Shown here one piece after another: positions 23,902-35,223 of a stretch of 41,680 nt of DNA. How positions within the stretch are numbered: the stretch's first letter is position 1; every line of letters starts with the position of its first letter. Origin of the DNA: Octopus bimaculoides (lineage: Eukaryota); NCBI RefSeq assembly GCF_001194135.2, contig NC_068986.1, positions 9,107,125-9,148,804 of the forward strand, written 5' to 3'. The notes under the pieces were generated by a model. The model saw only the letters and a list, made by a program, of their open reading frames with translations, did not search any database and was not told where the DNA came from. Position numbers and translations under genes: made by a program.

Positions 23902-24065
23902 TGGGCTTCTTTCAGTTTCCATTTATTGAATCCATTCACAAGGGTCTGGTTGGCCTAGGGCTGTAGTAGAAGACTCTTGCCCAAGTTGCTGCATAGTGGG
24001 ATTGAACCCAAAACCATATGCTTGGGAAACAAACTTTTTAACCACATCATTACCTATCACAGCCA
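23420..24065 (-). mobile_element. SINE family A with RTE-type tail, antisense
   Basis: Reverse complement of the 18684-19145 type: (CAT)n..TTTCCATGCTTGCATGGGTTGGAC tail at 23420-23480 and head at about 23900-24065. Confidence 0.8.
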
Positions 24066-24399
24066 TTATACCTAGGCCAACACACTTTCCNNNNNNNNNN
24101 NNNNNNNNNNNNNNNNNNNNNNNNNNNNNNNNNNNNNNNNNNNNNNNNNNNNNNNNNNNNNNNNNNNNNNNNNNNNNNNNNNNNNNNNNNNNNNNNNNNN
24201 NNNNNNNNNNNNNNNNNNNNNNNNNNNNNNNNNNNNNNNNNNNNNNNNNNNNNNNNNNNNNNNNNNNNNNNNNNNNNNNNNNNNNNNNNNNNNNNNNNNN
24301 NNNNNNNNNNNNNNNNNNNNNNNNNNNNNNNNNNNNNNNNNNATGGAGATAAATTGTACGAAAGCCCATTGCTCATATAATTTATATGCAGATCTTTGT

Positions 24400-24698
24400 G
24401 CGTGTCTGCCTGGCTTTATTTTCTAATTGTCTTTTTTGTGGCTGTTTTCATTATGTTAGCACCTGCCATACGAGCACCAACAATTTGATCTCTTTGAAAG
24501 TCCAATAGATCTGTCATTTGAATGAATTTTAATTACCTTTTTCTGATGATATCTAAAAAGAAACAGCAATTTTAGCAAAACATATTAAGCAACACTAAAA
24601 ATAAATCAAAGAACATAAAAATAAACAAACTTTTGACGGTTTTATAGATATTTCAACATTATGATGCTAGGTGTTTCCATTATTTTGTCCAACCCCTG
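24400..24698. mobile_element. Terminus of a Tc1-like DNA element
   Basis: Ends GGTGTTTCCATTATTTTGTCCAACCCCTG followed by TA, typical of Tc1/mariner termini, and resembles the end at 1241-1261. The other end is not seen; a gap lies upstream. Confidence 0.45.
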
Positions 24699-24722
24699 TA
24701 TATATATATATATATATATATA

Positions 24723-25745
24723 TCATTAAGAATGAAATGTCCGATTTTCTTATGCACCAAATTTAACAGTCGTTAACTCTAATGTTTTATCTTGACAATT
24801 CTTTCTTTTACAACATTGAAGAGTTACTTCATTACTTTTCAAAATGCAATTTATGGTGTCCGATTATATTATAAGCTTTCTCTTGTAAATCAATTTTTGT
24901 GAATACATGGATAGATCAAAAATTTGTGTTGTTTATGAATATGAGTTCCATCGTGGAACCAATGCATTCCAGACAACTCAAAGCATCAATGAGGTGTTTG
25001 GTAAAGATGTGTTAAATGAGCGCACTGTACGTCAATCGTTTGAGAAGTTCCAGTCTTGAAAATCAGCCCCTTGGTAGACCTGAGACCAAGGTGGATAATG
25101 ATGAGCTGGAACCTCTAGTGGAAGGGGATACATCTCAAACTACGTGTGAGTTAATAGCAAAGTTTGATGTTTCGATTCCAACTGTATTGGACCAACTGAT
25201 ATAAATCAGCAAGGTAAAGAAGCTGGACAAGATGGGTACCACACGAACTGAACGAGCATCAAATGACACATTGTCTTGAAACTTGCTGTTCTTTGCTGTC
25301 ACGGAATAAAAGTGAACCATTTTTGCATTGTAATGTTACATGTGATGATAAATGGATTCTTTTCAACAATAGCAAGTATTCTGCACAGTGGTTGGATAGA
25401 GACAAAAGTGCCAAAACAATCCCAAAAAGAATATTGGAATTACTCTGTCATCTACCATATTCATCAGACCTTGCACCAACTGACTATCACATTTTCCAGA
25501 CATTAGAGAACTTTTTGCAAGTAAAAAAACTTCAAATTTGAAGATGCGAAAACAGCCTTTCATGATTACATCACCTCTTGCTCTCCAGAATCCTTCACTG
25601 CAGGCATAGATAAGCTACCGATAAAATGGCAAAATTGTGTTGATAATTTAGGTGCATACTTTGATTAACTGCATTGCTTTTTGTTGAGATAAAGTAAAAT
25701 AAACTTTCAGTTCAAAATCGGACAATTCATTCTTAATGACCTGAT
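24723..25745 (+). mobile_element. Mariner transposon, internally deleted pseudogene with both TIRs
   Basis: TIRs at 24723-24748 and 25714-25739 match 25/26. Frameshifted ORF from ATG 24907 to TAA 25668 with WVPHEL, TCDDKW and YSSDLAPTDY. The segment carrying the second catalytic D is missing. Confidence 0.92.
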
Positions 25746-25809
25746 GGGTCAGCTGATGATGGAGGTATGTTGGGATTGTTGATATGGCTGTGCAATAGTA
25801 TTATAACAC

Positions 25810-26530
25810 ATCCTTTTGAGGTATAAAGAAAACTTACTAAATTTGGTTAGTCGTTGTCAGCATATGTATCTATATGTTCGCTGATAGATATTTATCTGCA
25901 ACTGGGAAATCAGATTTATTCTCTGTGCAGTGTCATTCTTTTTCTTAATGTCCTTCTAGTGTGTCCAACAAAATTCTCTTCATATTCTGTACAAATTCTG
26001 ATGTAAGTTAAAATTCTGGAAGCACTGATTAAAAATCAAGATTTTGAAACATTGCCCTTACTTAAAGATGAAATTCTTAAACTTTAGATAAGACAAACTC
26101 TATGCTAGGATCCCCCACCACACTCTTTCACTGTTGGTTTGTTTTGTTATTGAATATAATTTAGCAGCTTTAATAATGATTGTGGTTGTCTTTCATATTC
26201 TATAATTGTGTTTCTACTTCAATATGTTTTAAAGAATAGAATTAAAGTCTTTGATCGTTTCTGGGAATGTAAGCAGATACATTGGTTAACATCTTCATTT
26301 CCAGTATGTTGTTTTTGTTTTACTTGTCTTTGGATCTGGATATCAATTATCTGTGCTCACTGCATCTTTCCATCTATTAAGGAACGTAGATAATGTCTGT
26401 CGATAAGTAGATCTTCAAGTTCTTCAAATGGTTTTATTGCAGCATTTACATCAGACACAGATTGTGCTTTTGTTTCTGCCGAAATTAAAAGGAATTCTTT
26501 TTGAGTGGGTTTAATGCCTTAACATTCAGT
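25810..26530 (-). mobile_element. Penelope-like retroelement fragment (RT C-terminus and GIY-YIG endonuclease), decayed
   Basis: Minus strand reads ELEDLLIDRHYLRSLID..IDIQIQRQVKQK, then TVKECG, FIFK*GQCFKI and SRILTYIRICTEYEENFVGHTRRTLRKRMTLHRE*I..SEHID. This matches the LIY..C..C...YIGQT...LRKRM..H GIY-YIG pattern, with stops and frameshifts. Confidence 0.75.
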
Positions 26531-26629
26531 TGACTCCTCTGCTTTATTTCTTCACACTATTTTGAATTAATCTCTGCATTTTTTCACAGCTTTGATATTT
26601 CAATGATGTGTTGTCTATGGCCCATTATG

Positions 26630-26765
26630 AATTGAATATTTATTATTCATTACAGTGGATTGACAGAATCGGTGGCGCATCAAAGTAAATGTCTTAGAGT
26701 ATTTCTTCCAACTGTTTATCTTCAAAGTTCAAATCTGACTGAAGTCCACTTTGCCTTTCACCTCT
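26630..26765 (+). mobile_element. SINE family B, 5' fragment
   Basis: GACAGAATCGGTGGCGC..AGTTCAAATCTGACTGAAGTCCACTTTGCCTTTCA. Confidence 0.65.
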
Positions 26766-28104
26766 TCTTCTTTTTCAAATGGTCTGGCCTTTGGCAGGTC
26801 CTGTCCATGTGAACTTTCTCCAGCCCTCTCTGACCTCTGCTGTCCTCTTCATTGAGTGATCTGACTTCCTCTTCCTAATATCATCATCATCATCATCATT
26901 GCCCTCCTCCCTTTCACACTTTTCCCCTGTATTCTCCCCTCTATCACTATGTACAAAAGCCCTTCTAATCTCATAATATGTCCTATTCAGTTTGCTTTCC
27001 TTCTCCACATGGTATCCATCAAACCTCATTTCTCTCCAACTCTCTTATACTGGGGTTAATGTAATCAACCAAACCCTCCCATCAAAGTTGATGCTGGCAT
27101 TCTGCCTCAATTAGAAACAATTATGTATTGCATTAAGTAATATTTTAAATTCCTTTAATTTCTCTTCCTAACAATAAAGCACTTATCTAGAAATCTCTTC
27201 TGGTTCTCTTTTATATAATGTTTGAAAGTTTTTCCATATTTTTATAGCAATTTTTGATCATTTGTAATTCTCAAATACCCCATAGCCAAATTAACATCAG
27301 ACATGTAATAATTTTGGAGAATAAATTATAATCCTTCAATTGTACCTTTTCTACATGTTTTGATTGTACTTCAAAAGTAAAATTGCTTCTCTACCGTAGT
27401 TTGCTTATAAATTCATTGCATCAAATGACAGTTTTTCTTTTTCTTCTTTTTTTTCCATTGCTCATTTATGGAAGAGAGTTAGACATATCGTAAAAACTCA
27501 TGTAATTTGCACACAGGTGATTTTCAGGATAAAATTTGTTAAGACTTCTACTCTTGTAAAATTTGCACTCAAAAGTTTTCAGAATTGCTGATACACCCAG
27601 GGGAAAAAGGTTTTCAATTTAGTTGTATTTAGCATAATTTCACTTATTAGATTTTATTAAATTTTCATTAAGTAAAAATAATTTCTGTTTAACAGGTATC
27701 ACACTGAAAGCTATTAAATTACAAAGTGTTTGTGTTGTTTATAATAAACTTCATTTTACATATCTTGCCCACAAGAGATTATATCTGATCTTTAACATAC
27801 TGCTGTATGTCTTCTCAAATCACGATTACAGGAAAAGTTGCTGATAAGAATTACCAACGAAAACAAACCTGATAAATATGCACAGATGTTGCAAATTAAG
27901 TTTAATTACCAATAAACATCAGCTTGGATGACACTTTACTCATCTGACAGAGGAAGGTGACTGATCAAACTGATTATGTAAACAGAATTCTTTTCCGCCT
28001 ATTCTTGTTGGAACCTTTGATACTGAGTATCGAAATTTTAATCCCTTTCACACTTATAAAATTTTAAGCAACCCTAAAAATTTCTCATTACCATCATTAT
28101 CAGT

Positions 28105-28290
28105 ATGGGCAGAATTTATGAATCGTTTACTGTGAAGGAGAAATTAAATATGTTGAATATTCATTTGAATGTGGCAATAGAGCTGCTGGAAGGCATTTTA
28201 ATGCTAATGAAGCTAATGTTTGAAATTGGTGTAAACAGTGTGACAAACTTAAAACTGTGCCAAGTAATGAACAGATAAAAATAAAACCAT
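28105..28290 (+). mobile_element. pogo-like transposase N-terminal fragment (BrkDBD-type HTH)
   Basis: With one frameshift: MGRIYESFTVKEKL/YVEYSFECGNRAAGRHFNANEANV*NWCKQCDKLKTVP, similar to the GNRAAxRxFxVxExxVRxW motif of pogo/POGK DNA-binding domains. Confidence 0.6.
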
Positions 28291-30415
28291 ACAATCAAGA
28301 TTATCCATATCATTACAATTTTCAGTTAGGAATATCCATATCACTATGTATGTGAATGGTGCTCCATTACAATAGGTAGAAACTCCAAGCTATGTAAAAT
28401 ATGGCCCAAACCATGTTTACCAGCATGAACGTCAGACTTCAAAAGCTAGTTAACCATTTAATGGTTTCAGTAAATTTATACAGAAAAAGTAAGCATTATA
28501 CTATCCAACATAAATAAAAGTCAACTTCATTATATTTAAGTCATTATTTTTTTCTGTAAAAACCTTTTCTGACATTAAATGAGTCAACTTCTGGTACAAA
28601 TGTTTACATTTTGTACATATTTTTGCAACAAAAAAGAATTTCAGAAACAATTTTGGAAATGATCTACTCGTGTAATATATGCACTCCCTAAAGTTTAATT
28701 TTATTTTTGCAAAATAAAGTGTGTAAATTACATGGGTTTTTATGGTATCTAGATTGTCTCTTATAGAACTTTCAGTATATCTAAGAAATGCTTCTAAAAA
28801 GTTATCTAATCATTTATTGACAGTGGGTCTCATTACAGACGCCTCAGATTACTGACCACACAGTCTCACACACATTAAAAACCTTCAGCCAAGCACAGGT
28901 AAACAGTGGTAGTGAATGGTGACTCTCTTGTGTACATATCAGTCATAGGAGTCTGACTGGAGTGACTCCACTGAGAGCACAGAACAAAACAGCTGAGATT
29001 AGTTGCCCCGTGGTCACAACCAGTTTTTAAAGTAACAGATACAGACAACGTATGTATTCCTAGGTTTGGAGCAATTGGGATGTGTTGCTATGGGAATGTC
29101 AAACCTTCACAATTGCTGGTCCCCCTTTAAGAGGGACCAACAAGAGAGCGCTTTGGTCTAAGTTAAAGCATGTCTCACCTCCTCTCACACACACACACAC
29201 CAGTTTGAAACCATTTTTTAGTTGTGTGACTTGTCAAATGGGGCACCAACCCAAAATAAAATCTATACACACGCAGATAGGTATATGCTTAAAATATTCA
29301 ATAGACATTTTGTTTTTCATGTCTATGAGTATACGATACATTATGACAAATCCTTTAATCCTAACAAGTTTTTGTTGCAGAGGGGTTGCCTATGGCCAGA
29401 GTGAGAAGCTGGACTTGAAATGCTCTGGGTGTATAGAAATACACCCGTTGCCATGAACTGGTCAGACAACTTGGTGCAAGTAATATTTATGTAATCAGAG
29501 CTGGAGGTGGGTGTGATGAGGAAGACATGGTAGTCTGAGTAAGAAGAGGATGGGAAAATATTCTAGGAAGTGTTGGTGCTCTAACCAACAAAGAATTTCA
29601 CTTCCTACAAAAAAAAATCCTCTATCAGTGAAGAATGTAAAAAATCATAGAAAGAGAAATAAGGTAAATGTAGAATATGTTGTGTTAATTAGTTAATTAG
29701 CATAAATGAGAGTGAGAGCATTCAAGAGTAATTTGGTATGAAATGGCATTGAATGGCATATGTAGAAGAAATAATAGCATTGAGTATTTCTTCTACCCCA
29801 GAATAAACAAATAAATACTGGCTGGAAATGTCTGTTTTTATTGACAATAAAAGACGGAAACAATAGAGTGAGGATTGGGGAGAACTGAGGAGTTCTTCAA
29901 TCTCTGCAGCAGAATTTTAATCTAATCCAATATAGAAAAAAAAGACAAATATTAAAATACTGGTGAGAAGAATGTAATAATAATAATAATAATTCCTAAC
30001 ATTCAGTCACTGAAGTAGAACCATCTTTCCACTTGGCTGATATTTTCAAACATTCTAAAATATATCCAAAACAATTTTGAAATCTTCCACTGACAATTCC
30101 AAACATTCTTTGAAATCAATTTTCTCATCAATTTCTGTTACTTTTTAACGTTACTGATTTATTTTGATAACATTAGCAAGAGGGCATTTTTGCATTAAGG
30201 AATTTCACTTAAAGGTCTTTGGAAGTATTTCACCTAAAAATTCAACAAGTTGCAAATATGGTTAAACTAAGATTGCTTTTCAAATTCTATCAAGAAGATT
30301 GCACGAGATTCTAGTTTTTATTCCTTTATTGAACCTAAATTTTTGTTTGTTAATTCTTCATGAAGACATAGGAAGCTGTGAGACTCCCTTCCTCTTTTTA
30401 CCTCCTCATCAATAA

Positions 30416-30500
30416 GGTGCCCACATGGTTATATGGTTTAGAAGTTTTCTTCCCGACCACATGGTTTCCGGTTCAATCTTACTGTGTGGCACCTTGGACA
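30416..30500 (+). mobile_element. SINE family A head fragment
   Basis: CCCGACCACATGGTTTCCGGTTCAATCTTACTGTGTGGCACCTTGGAC. Confidence 0.65.
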
Positions 30501-30734
30501 GCCTCAGTAACAACAGATATGTAATTAGGAAATGTTAGTTGTTTGGGAGTTTCAATCTGTGTCTCTGGCTCCTCTCTCACTTCTTTGATACAGAGTTTAA
30601 TTTTAGATTCCTTTCTAATAATGGTGCTGCCAGATTGAATGGTGAACTATGAAGGTTTCTCTTTTTGATCTTCTTTAACCTTTTCCTTATGTTTCTCTGA
30701 AAATACATTTTCTTTGTTTTGATTCACTTTGAAA

Positions 30735-30899
30735 CTAATGAAGACTTTAGTAAAATACTTATACTCTTATTAAAATGGTGTTTGGGACAGAAACTAACAT
30801 GAAATTTGGACAGAAGGTTTCCACATGTCCCTTTCAAACAAGAAATTGGTATTGTAGATCCAAGAGTAATTTCTGGCATGTTGGTATCAAAAGGGTTAA
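30735..30899 (-). mobile_element. TTAA-flanked MITE family P2, partial
   Basis: Ends GGTATCAAAAGGGTTAA, the reverse complement of the start of the copy at 32589. Confidence 0.6.
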
Positions 30900-31871
30900 C
30901 ATGATCTTCATTTTTTCAACCATTTCTTTTGTCTGTCGGCCAGAGCTGACTATAACAGACAGGAACCAGACCATTATTGACAAGAGTTGAAACCACCTCT
31001 TGGACAAGGTCTGTTTGGGGAGTTTAATCAAAGCAGTTCTTTTATGGAACAACATGTGCTAATCTAGTTTTATTTATTGGTCAACATCCCTGTTTGCTGT
31101 AACAAACCTCTTTTCAAAAGGATTCTCCATCAATTTCTCCTTATACTTGATGTCACTCAGCATCTATAGATATTCGACATAAAGCATAAAGAGATGTTGG
31201 ACATATGAGGAAGCATTGGATATTATTTGTGGAACATTGATATCCAGTAACAATTTAATTCCAGCACTTTCAGATACTAAAGTTCCACATTTTCCTAATC
31301 AAACCCACACTAACAGCAAGAATCATTACAAACATAAAGTATTCGATAACATATGAGATGCACCTATTTTCTCGAAAAATATGCCCCTGGACCCCTTGCA
31401 TAAAGCTGGGTCTGTATTACATGCTTAAAAGCATTAAGAACATTTTTCTTGAAATTAGGTTGCATCTAAAAGGGTTGTGGGGTTTTATTTTTTATGCGAA
31501 TTTTTTTAATCTTAAATGACTTCATTTTAATAAAGTTGCTTTTTTTTTATTGCTTGAAAGACATTTTATTAACATTTTTTTTACAGGAAGGAAGAGAAAA
31601 CATTAAAAGTATAAAGGATCCAATAATGAATAGAAAAACCCCCATAACCACCTCACCAAGGAAACAAAAAGGGGAGAAGGGTTAAGCAACAGAAGATGGT
31701 GGGGGCGGGGGGTTAACTGGTTGTATACTCAGAAACAAATGTGTTTAGTCACACCTCAAGTCGTTTAAGAATAAACAAACTTGAGACTTAATCACCATAC
31801 AGGAAGATAATCCACAAAGGATCATACCTTGCAATCCCTTAACACTTTTTTTTTTGTTTTATTTATTGCAG

Positions 31872-32039
31872 CTATCCCTGCCTCATTAACATTCTCTCTT
31901 CACATATGTTACCTGAAAGGTGTTTGGCAAACTTATCCGTATCGACTCAAATATATGGTCATCACAGGATGTTTCTTCCAGTTGGCAGGAATTATTGGTT
32001 TCGTCACTTATCTGGCATTGGGATTCTATTTTCAACAAG
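31872..32039 (+). CDS. SLC48A1: HRG1 (SLC48A1), coding exon 2
   Basis: Poly-T tract and TTGCAG| acceptor, donor CAAG|GTAAAC, 168 nt, phase 1-1. Encodes (A)IPASLTFSLHICYLKGVWQTYPYRLKYMVITGCFFQLAGIIGFVTYLALGFYFQQ. His57 matches the conserved TM2 His of HRG-1 proteins (human H56, from recall). Confidence 0.92.
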
Positions 32040-32592
32040 GTAAACCATTTCATATTTCATTAGCTTTTTCTTTTTTACAAAACTGCTCTTTTACTCTTTT
32101 ATGTAATGAAACATGGTTTACTAATGAGTTTGTGGTGTATCGCTTTTCTCTGCTTCACTTTAGCAGAAACCATAAGATCAAAACAAGTCTGAAATAGAGA
32201 AGCTGTTCATTTTCTCTCCTGTAAGTTCTTTCTATAGAAGATACAGAAACGCTTTGAAATGGTTTTCTAGAAAGCAATAACAGTCTTTCATCTCTTTTAC
32301 CACCTGGTTCTTAATAATTAGCCTTATATTAATTATCATTAACAAGGTTTTTTTCCTCAAATACATTACCATGACAAATTATGAGGTGAAGCCATATAGC
32401 TCAGTAGTTAGGAGTATTCAGCTCACAATTGTAAGGTTGTGAGTTCAATTCCTAGCAGCAAATTGGGCCTTTGAGCCAGACACCTTCTCCAGTCCACTCA
32501 GCTGGCAAAAATGAGTTGTACCTGTAATTCCAAAGGGGCCAGCCATGTCACACTCTGTGTCTCAATCTGAACCTCCCTCAGAACTACATTAA

Positions 32593-32814
32593 CCCTTTTG
32601 ATACCAACCCAGCTGAAACCAGTTCTGGCTCTGTAGTACAAATGTCTTGTTTTCATAAGTTTTGAATTAAAATCTTCCACCAAACCTTAGTCACAATTTA
32701 TGTTCCTAACACTAGCTTAATGAGAACTAAGTTATTTTACTAAATTCTTTGTTATATTTAAAATTAATTCACAGAAACACAGAGCATCTCAACAGAAATA
32801 TGGTAACAAAAGGG
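32593..32814 (+). mobile_element. TTAA-flanked MITE family P2, copy 1
   Basis: TTAA|CCCTTTTGATACC and GGTAACAAAAGGG|TTAA inverted termini, 222 bp. Confidence 0.9.
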
Positions 32815-32845
32815 TTAAAATATATAATAGAGAAACAATTCTTAA

Positions 32846-33066
32846 CCCTTTTGATACCAATCCGGCTGAAACCGGTTCTGGCTCTGTAGTACAAATGTCT
32901 TGTTTTCATAAGTTTTGAATAAAAATCTTCCACCAAACCTTAGTCACAATTTATGCTCCTAACACCAGCTGAATGATAACCAAGTTATTTTACTAAATTC
33001 TTTGTTATATTTAAAGTAATTGAAAGAAACACAGAGCATCTCATACTAAATACAGTAGCCTAAGGG
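32846..33066 (+). mobile_element. TTAA-flanked MITE family P2, copy 2
   Basis: TTAA|CCCTTTTGATACC and GTAGCCTAAGGG|TTAA, 221 bp; collinear with copy 1, with a degenerate right TIR. Confidence 0.88.
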
Positions 33067-33731
33067 TTAAAGGTACACATGTCTGTCGATTGCTCAGCCA
33101 CTTCCTCATTAATTCCCTGTTCTACTGATTGGACCAGATGGAACCCTCGTTTTCATAAGTGTCAGTTTGGATTGAATTATGCGCATTGTTTCACAATGTT
33201 TATCCCTAAACCGAACGTGTGTTCCCCACCCCCACTCGTTCCCAGCCAGGTTAAAAGAGACGAAGTTAATATATTTGTTTATTTAACGTTGTATAATTGA
33301 ATGAATTAACGCTATGACCCTCATCCATACACCACTTCCGTCACTATCATAACACAATGATGTAGAAATAGGGTAAAAGTAAAAGACCCCCCACCACCAC
33401 CACCACCAGACATTTAAAGTGCACAGGTAATGGTCACTGCCCACTTTCTGCTGATGAAACTGCTGCTATAACTCCATGTTCCACCCCCTCCAACCTCACC
33501 ACCCTACAATGTCCTCTTGGTCAAGAAATCCCCACAATCAATAAATAATCAATAGCAACATTTGGTCCAGATTCAAAACAGAGCTAATGAATCTGGAAAA
33601 ATTTAAAATGTTCAATACCAACCAAATGTCGCTTGAACATTTCTGTTGATATTCAAGGACTGGACATGATGACACCAAGGGCCACTCTCCTATGTTAAAT
33701 AGGAAATGCACTGACTACAAAGCCATGTTGC

Positions 33732-34313
33732 AATAGACTCGTCCAAAACTACAGTGCAGTTATCAAAACAATGACTACCCCTCCGTGCTGTAATAGACTT
33801 GTCCAAAACCACAGCACCAATATAGAACACACTGACCACCCCTACATGCTGTAGTAGACTTGTCCAAAACCACAGCACCAATATAAAACACATTGACCAC
33901 CCCTACATGCTGTAATAGACTTGTCCAAAACTATAGCACCAATATAAAGCACACTGACCACCTCTACATGCTGTAATAGACTTGTCCAAAACCACAGCAC
34001 CAATATAAAACACACTGACCACCCCTATATGCTGTAATGAACTTATCCAAAACTATAGCACCAATATAAAACACACTGACCACCCCTACATGCTGTAATA
34101 GACTTGTCCAAAACCACAGTACCAATATAAAACACACTGACCACCCCTACATGCTGTAATAGACTTGTCCAAAACCACAGCACCAATATAAAACACACTG
34201 ACCACCCCTACATGCTGTAGTTGACTTGTCCAAAGCCACGGCACCAATATAAAGCACACTGACCACCCCTACATGCTGTAATAGACTTGTCCAAAACCAC
34301 AGCACCAATATAA
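33732..34313. repeat. 61-bp minisatellite, about 9.5 copies
   Basis: Unit AATAGACTTGTCCAAAACCACAGCACCAATATAAAACACACTGACCACCCCTACATGCTGT, with starts at 33732 (degenerate), 33792, 33853, 33914, 33975, 34036, 34097, 34158, 34219 and 34280 (partial). Confidence 0.95.
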
Positions 34314-34469
34314 CACCCAGTGGCTGTCCCTGAAGAATCACAATCCCAAAATAAATGGCTTCAGATGATTAGTATCAGTTCTTTCTTTCTTTCTGCATAG
34401 CTCTGATTGTGTTGTGGTCAGTTTTCCATTCCATCCATACCCACACCTTGTGATTGACAAATATTCTCC

Positions 34470-34715
34470 AATATTGGTTTCAAATTTTGGCACAAGGCCA
34501 GCAATTTCACTGGAGAGGTGGGAGGTAAGTTGATTAAATTGCCCCTCTCCCCCGTCCCCTCCGTACACAACTGGTACTTATTTCATCAAATCATTAAGGA
34601 TGAAAAAGAAAGTCAACCTCAGTGGAATTTGAACCGAGAACATAAAGAGCTGAAAGAAATGCCTCTAAGCATTTTGGCATCTGTGCCAAGAATTCTACAG
34701 CTTGCTGCCACGGTT
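34470..34715 (-). mobile_element. SINE family B, antisense
   Basis: AAATTTTGGCACAAGGCCAGCAATTT..ACTGGTACTTATTT..GGAATTTGAAC, collinear with 3821-4032. Confidence 0.75.
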
Positions 34716-35056
34716 TTCTCTAATATTAGGAAATCATTTGAAATGGGCGGGGGAGGGGCGTTCACAATTGTTTTATGGGTCAATTGAAATATTTGAAGTG
34801 TTTTTCTACAATACTGATGATGAAAAACAAAAAACAAAAAAAAAAGAAAATTGCTGGCATCAGTTTCTCTGACTAAAAATTATTCAAGGTGGTGCCCCAG
34901 CATGACCACAGTGTACTGACTGAAACAAGTAAAAGATGAATTAATGAAATTTTTTTGTTAATCCAACAGGATCAGTAAATATTTGGTGTAAATCTGTCTT
35001 CTTTCTTTCAGTTATTCTTCCATTGAAATATATTTTCTTGCTATTTTTTCTTGTAG

Positions 35057-35223
35057 GTTTACAGATTTACGGGAATGGTTACTTCCTGACCACAGTTTGG
35101 TGCTTCATGACCTGGAAATGGGGTCTCCTGCTCTTGTACTTCACTCGATCGTATCGTCAATTACTCTGTGATGTTTACACTATTTTGCCAACAGAAGCGC
35201 CACCTTTGAACGGTGATGATTGA
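35057..35223 (+). CDS. SLC48A1: HRG1 (SLC48A1), coding exon 3 (terminal)
   Basis: Acceptor TTTTTTCTTGTAG|. Encodes (G)LQIYGNGYFLTTVWCFMTWKWGLLLLYFTRSYRQLLCDVYTILPTEAPPLNGDD*. VWxFxxxKW and FTRSY match the HRG-1 TM4 and FARKY/YAHRY motifs. Exons total 474 nt = 157 aa plus stop. Confidence 0.92.

Larger units (their letters stand above)
32384..33165 (+). mobile_element. SINE family C interrupted by two MITEs
   Basis: tRNA-like head (TAGCTCAGTAG, GAGTTCAATTCC) and body to ..GAACTACA|TTAA; resumes after 33070 with AGGTACACATGTCTGT..GCTCAGCCACTT..GGAACCCTCG. Confidence 0.75.

Noticed and set aside
23923-24376. Long ORFs spanning the N gap (also those at 35784-36618)
   Set aside because: They are open only because N runs contain no stops.
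29082-29456. 124-aa intronic ORF
   Set aside because: Contains a (CA)n-derived THTHT tract; no motif or exon context.
33732-34313. Possible CRISPR-like array
   Set aside because: Units are contiguous with no unique spacers, the context is eukaryotic and there are no cas genes; it is a minisatellite.
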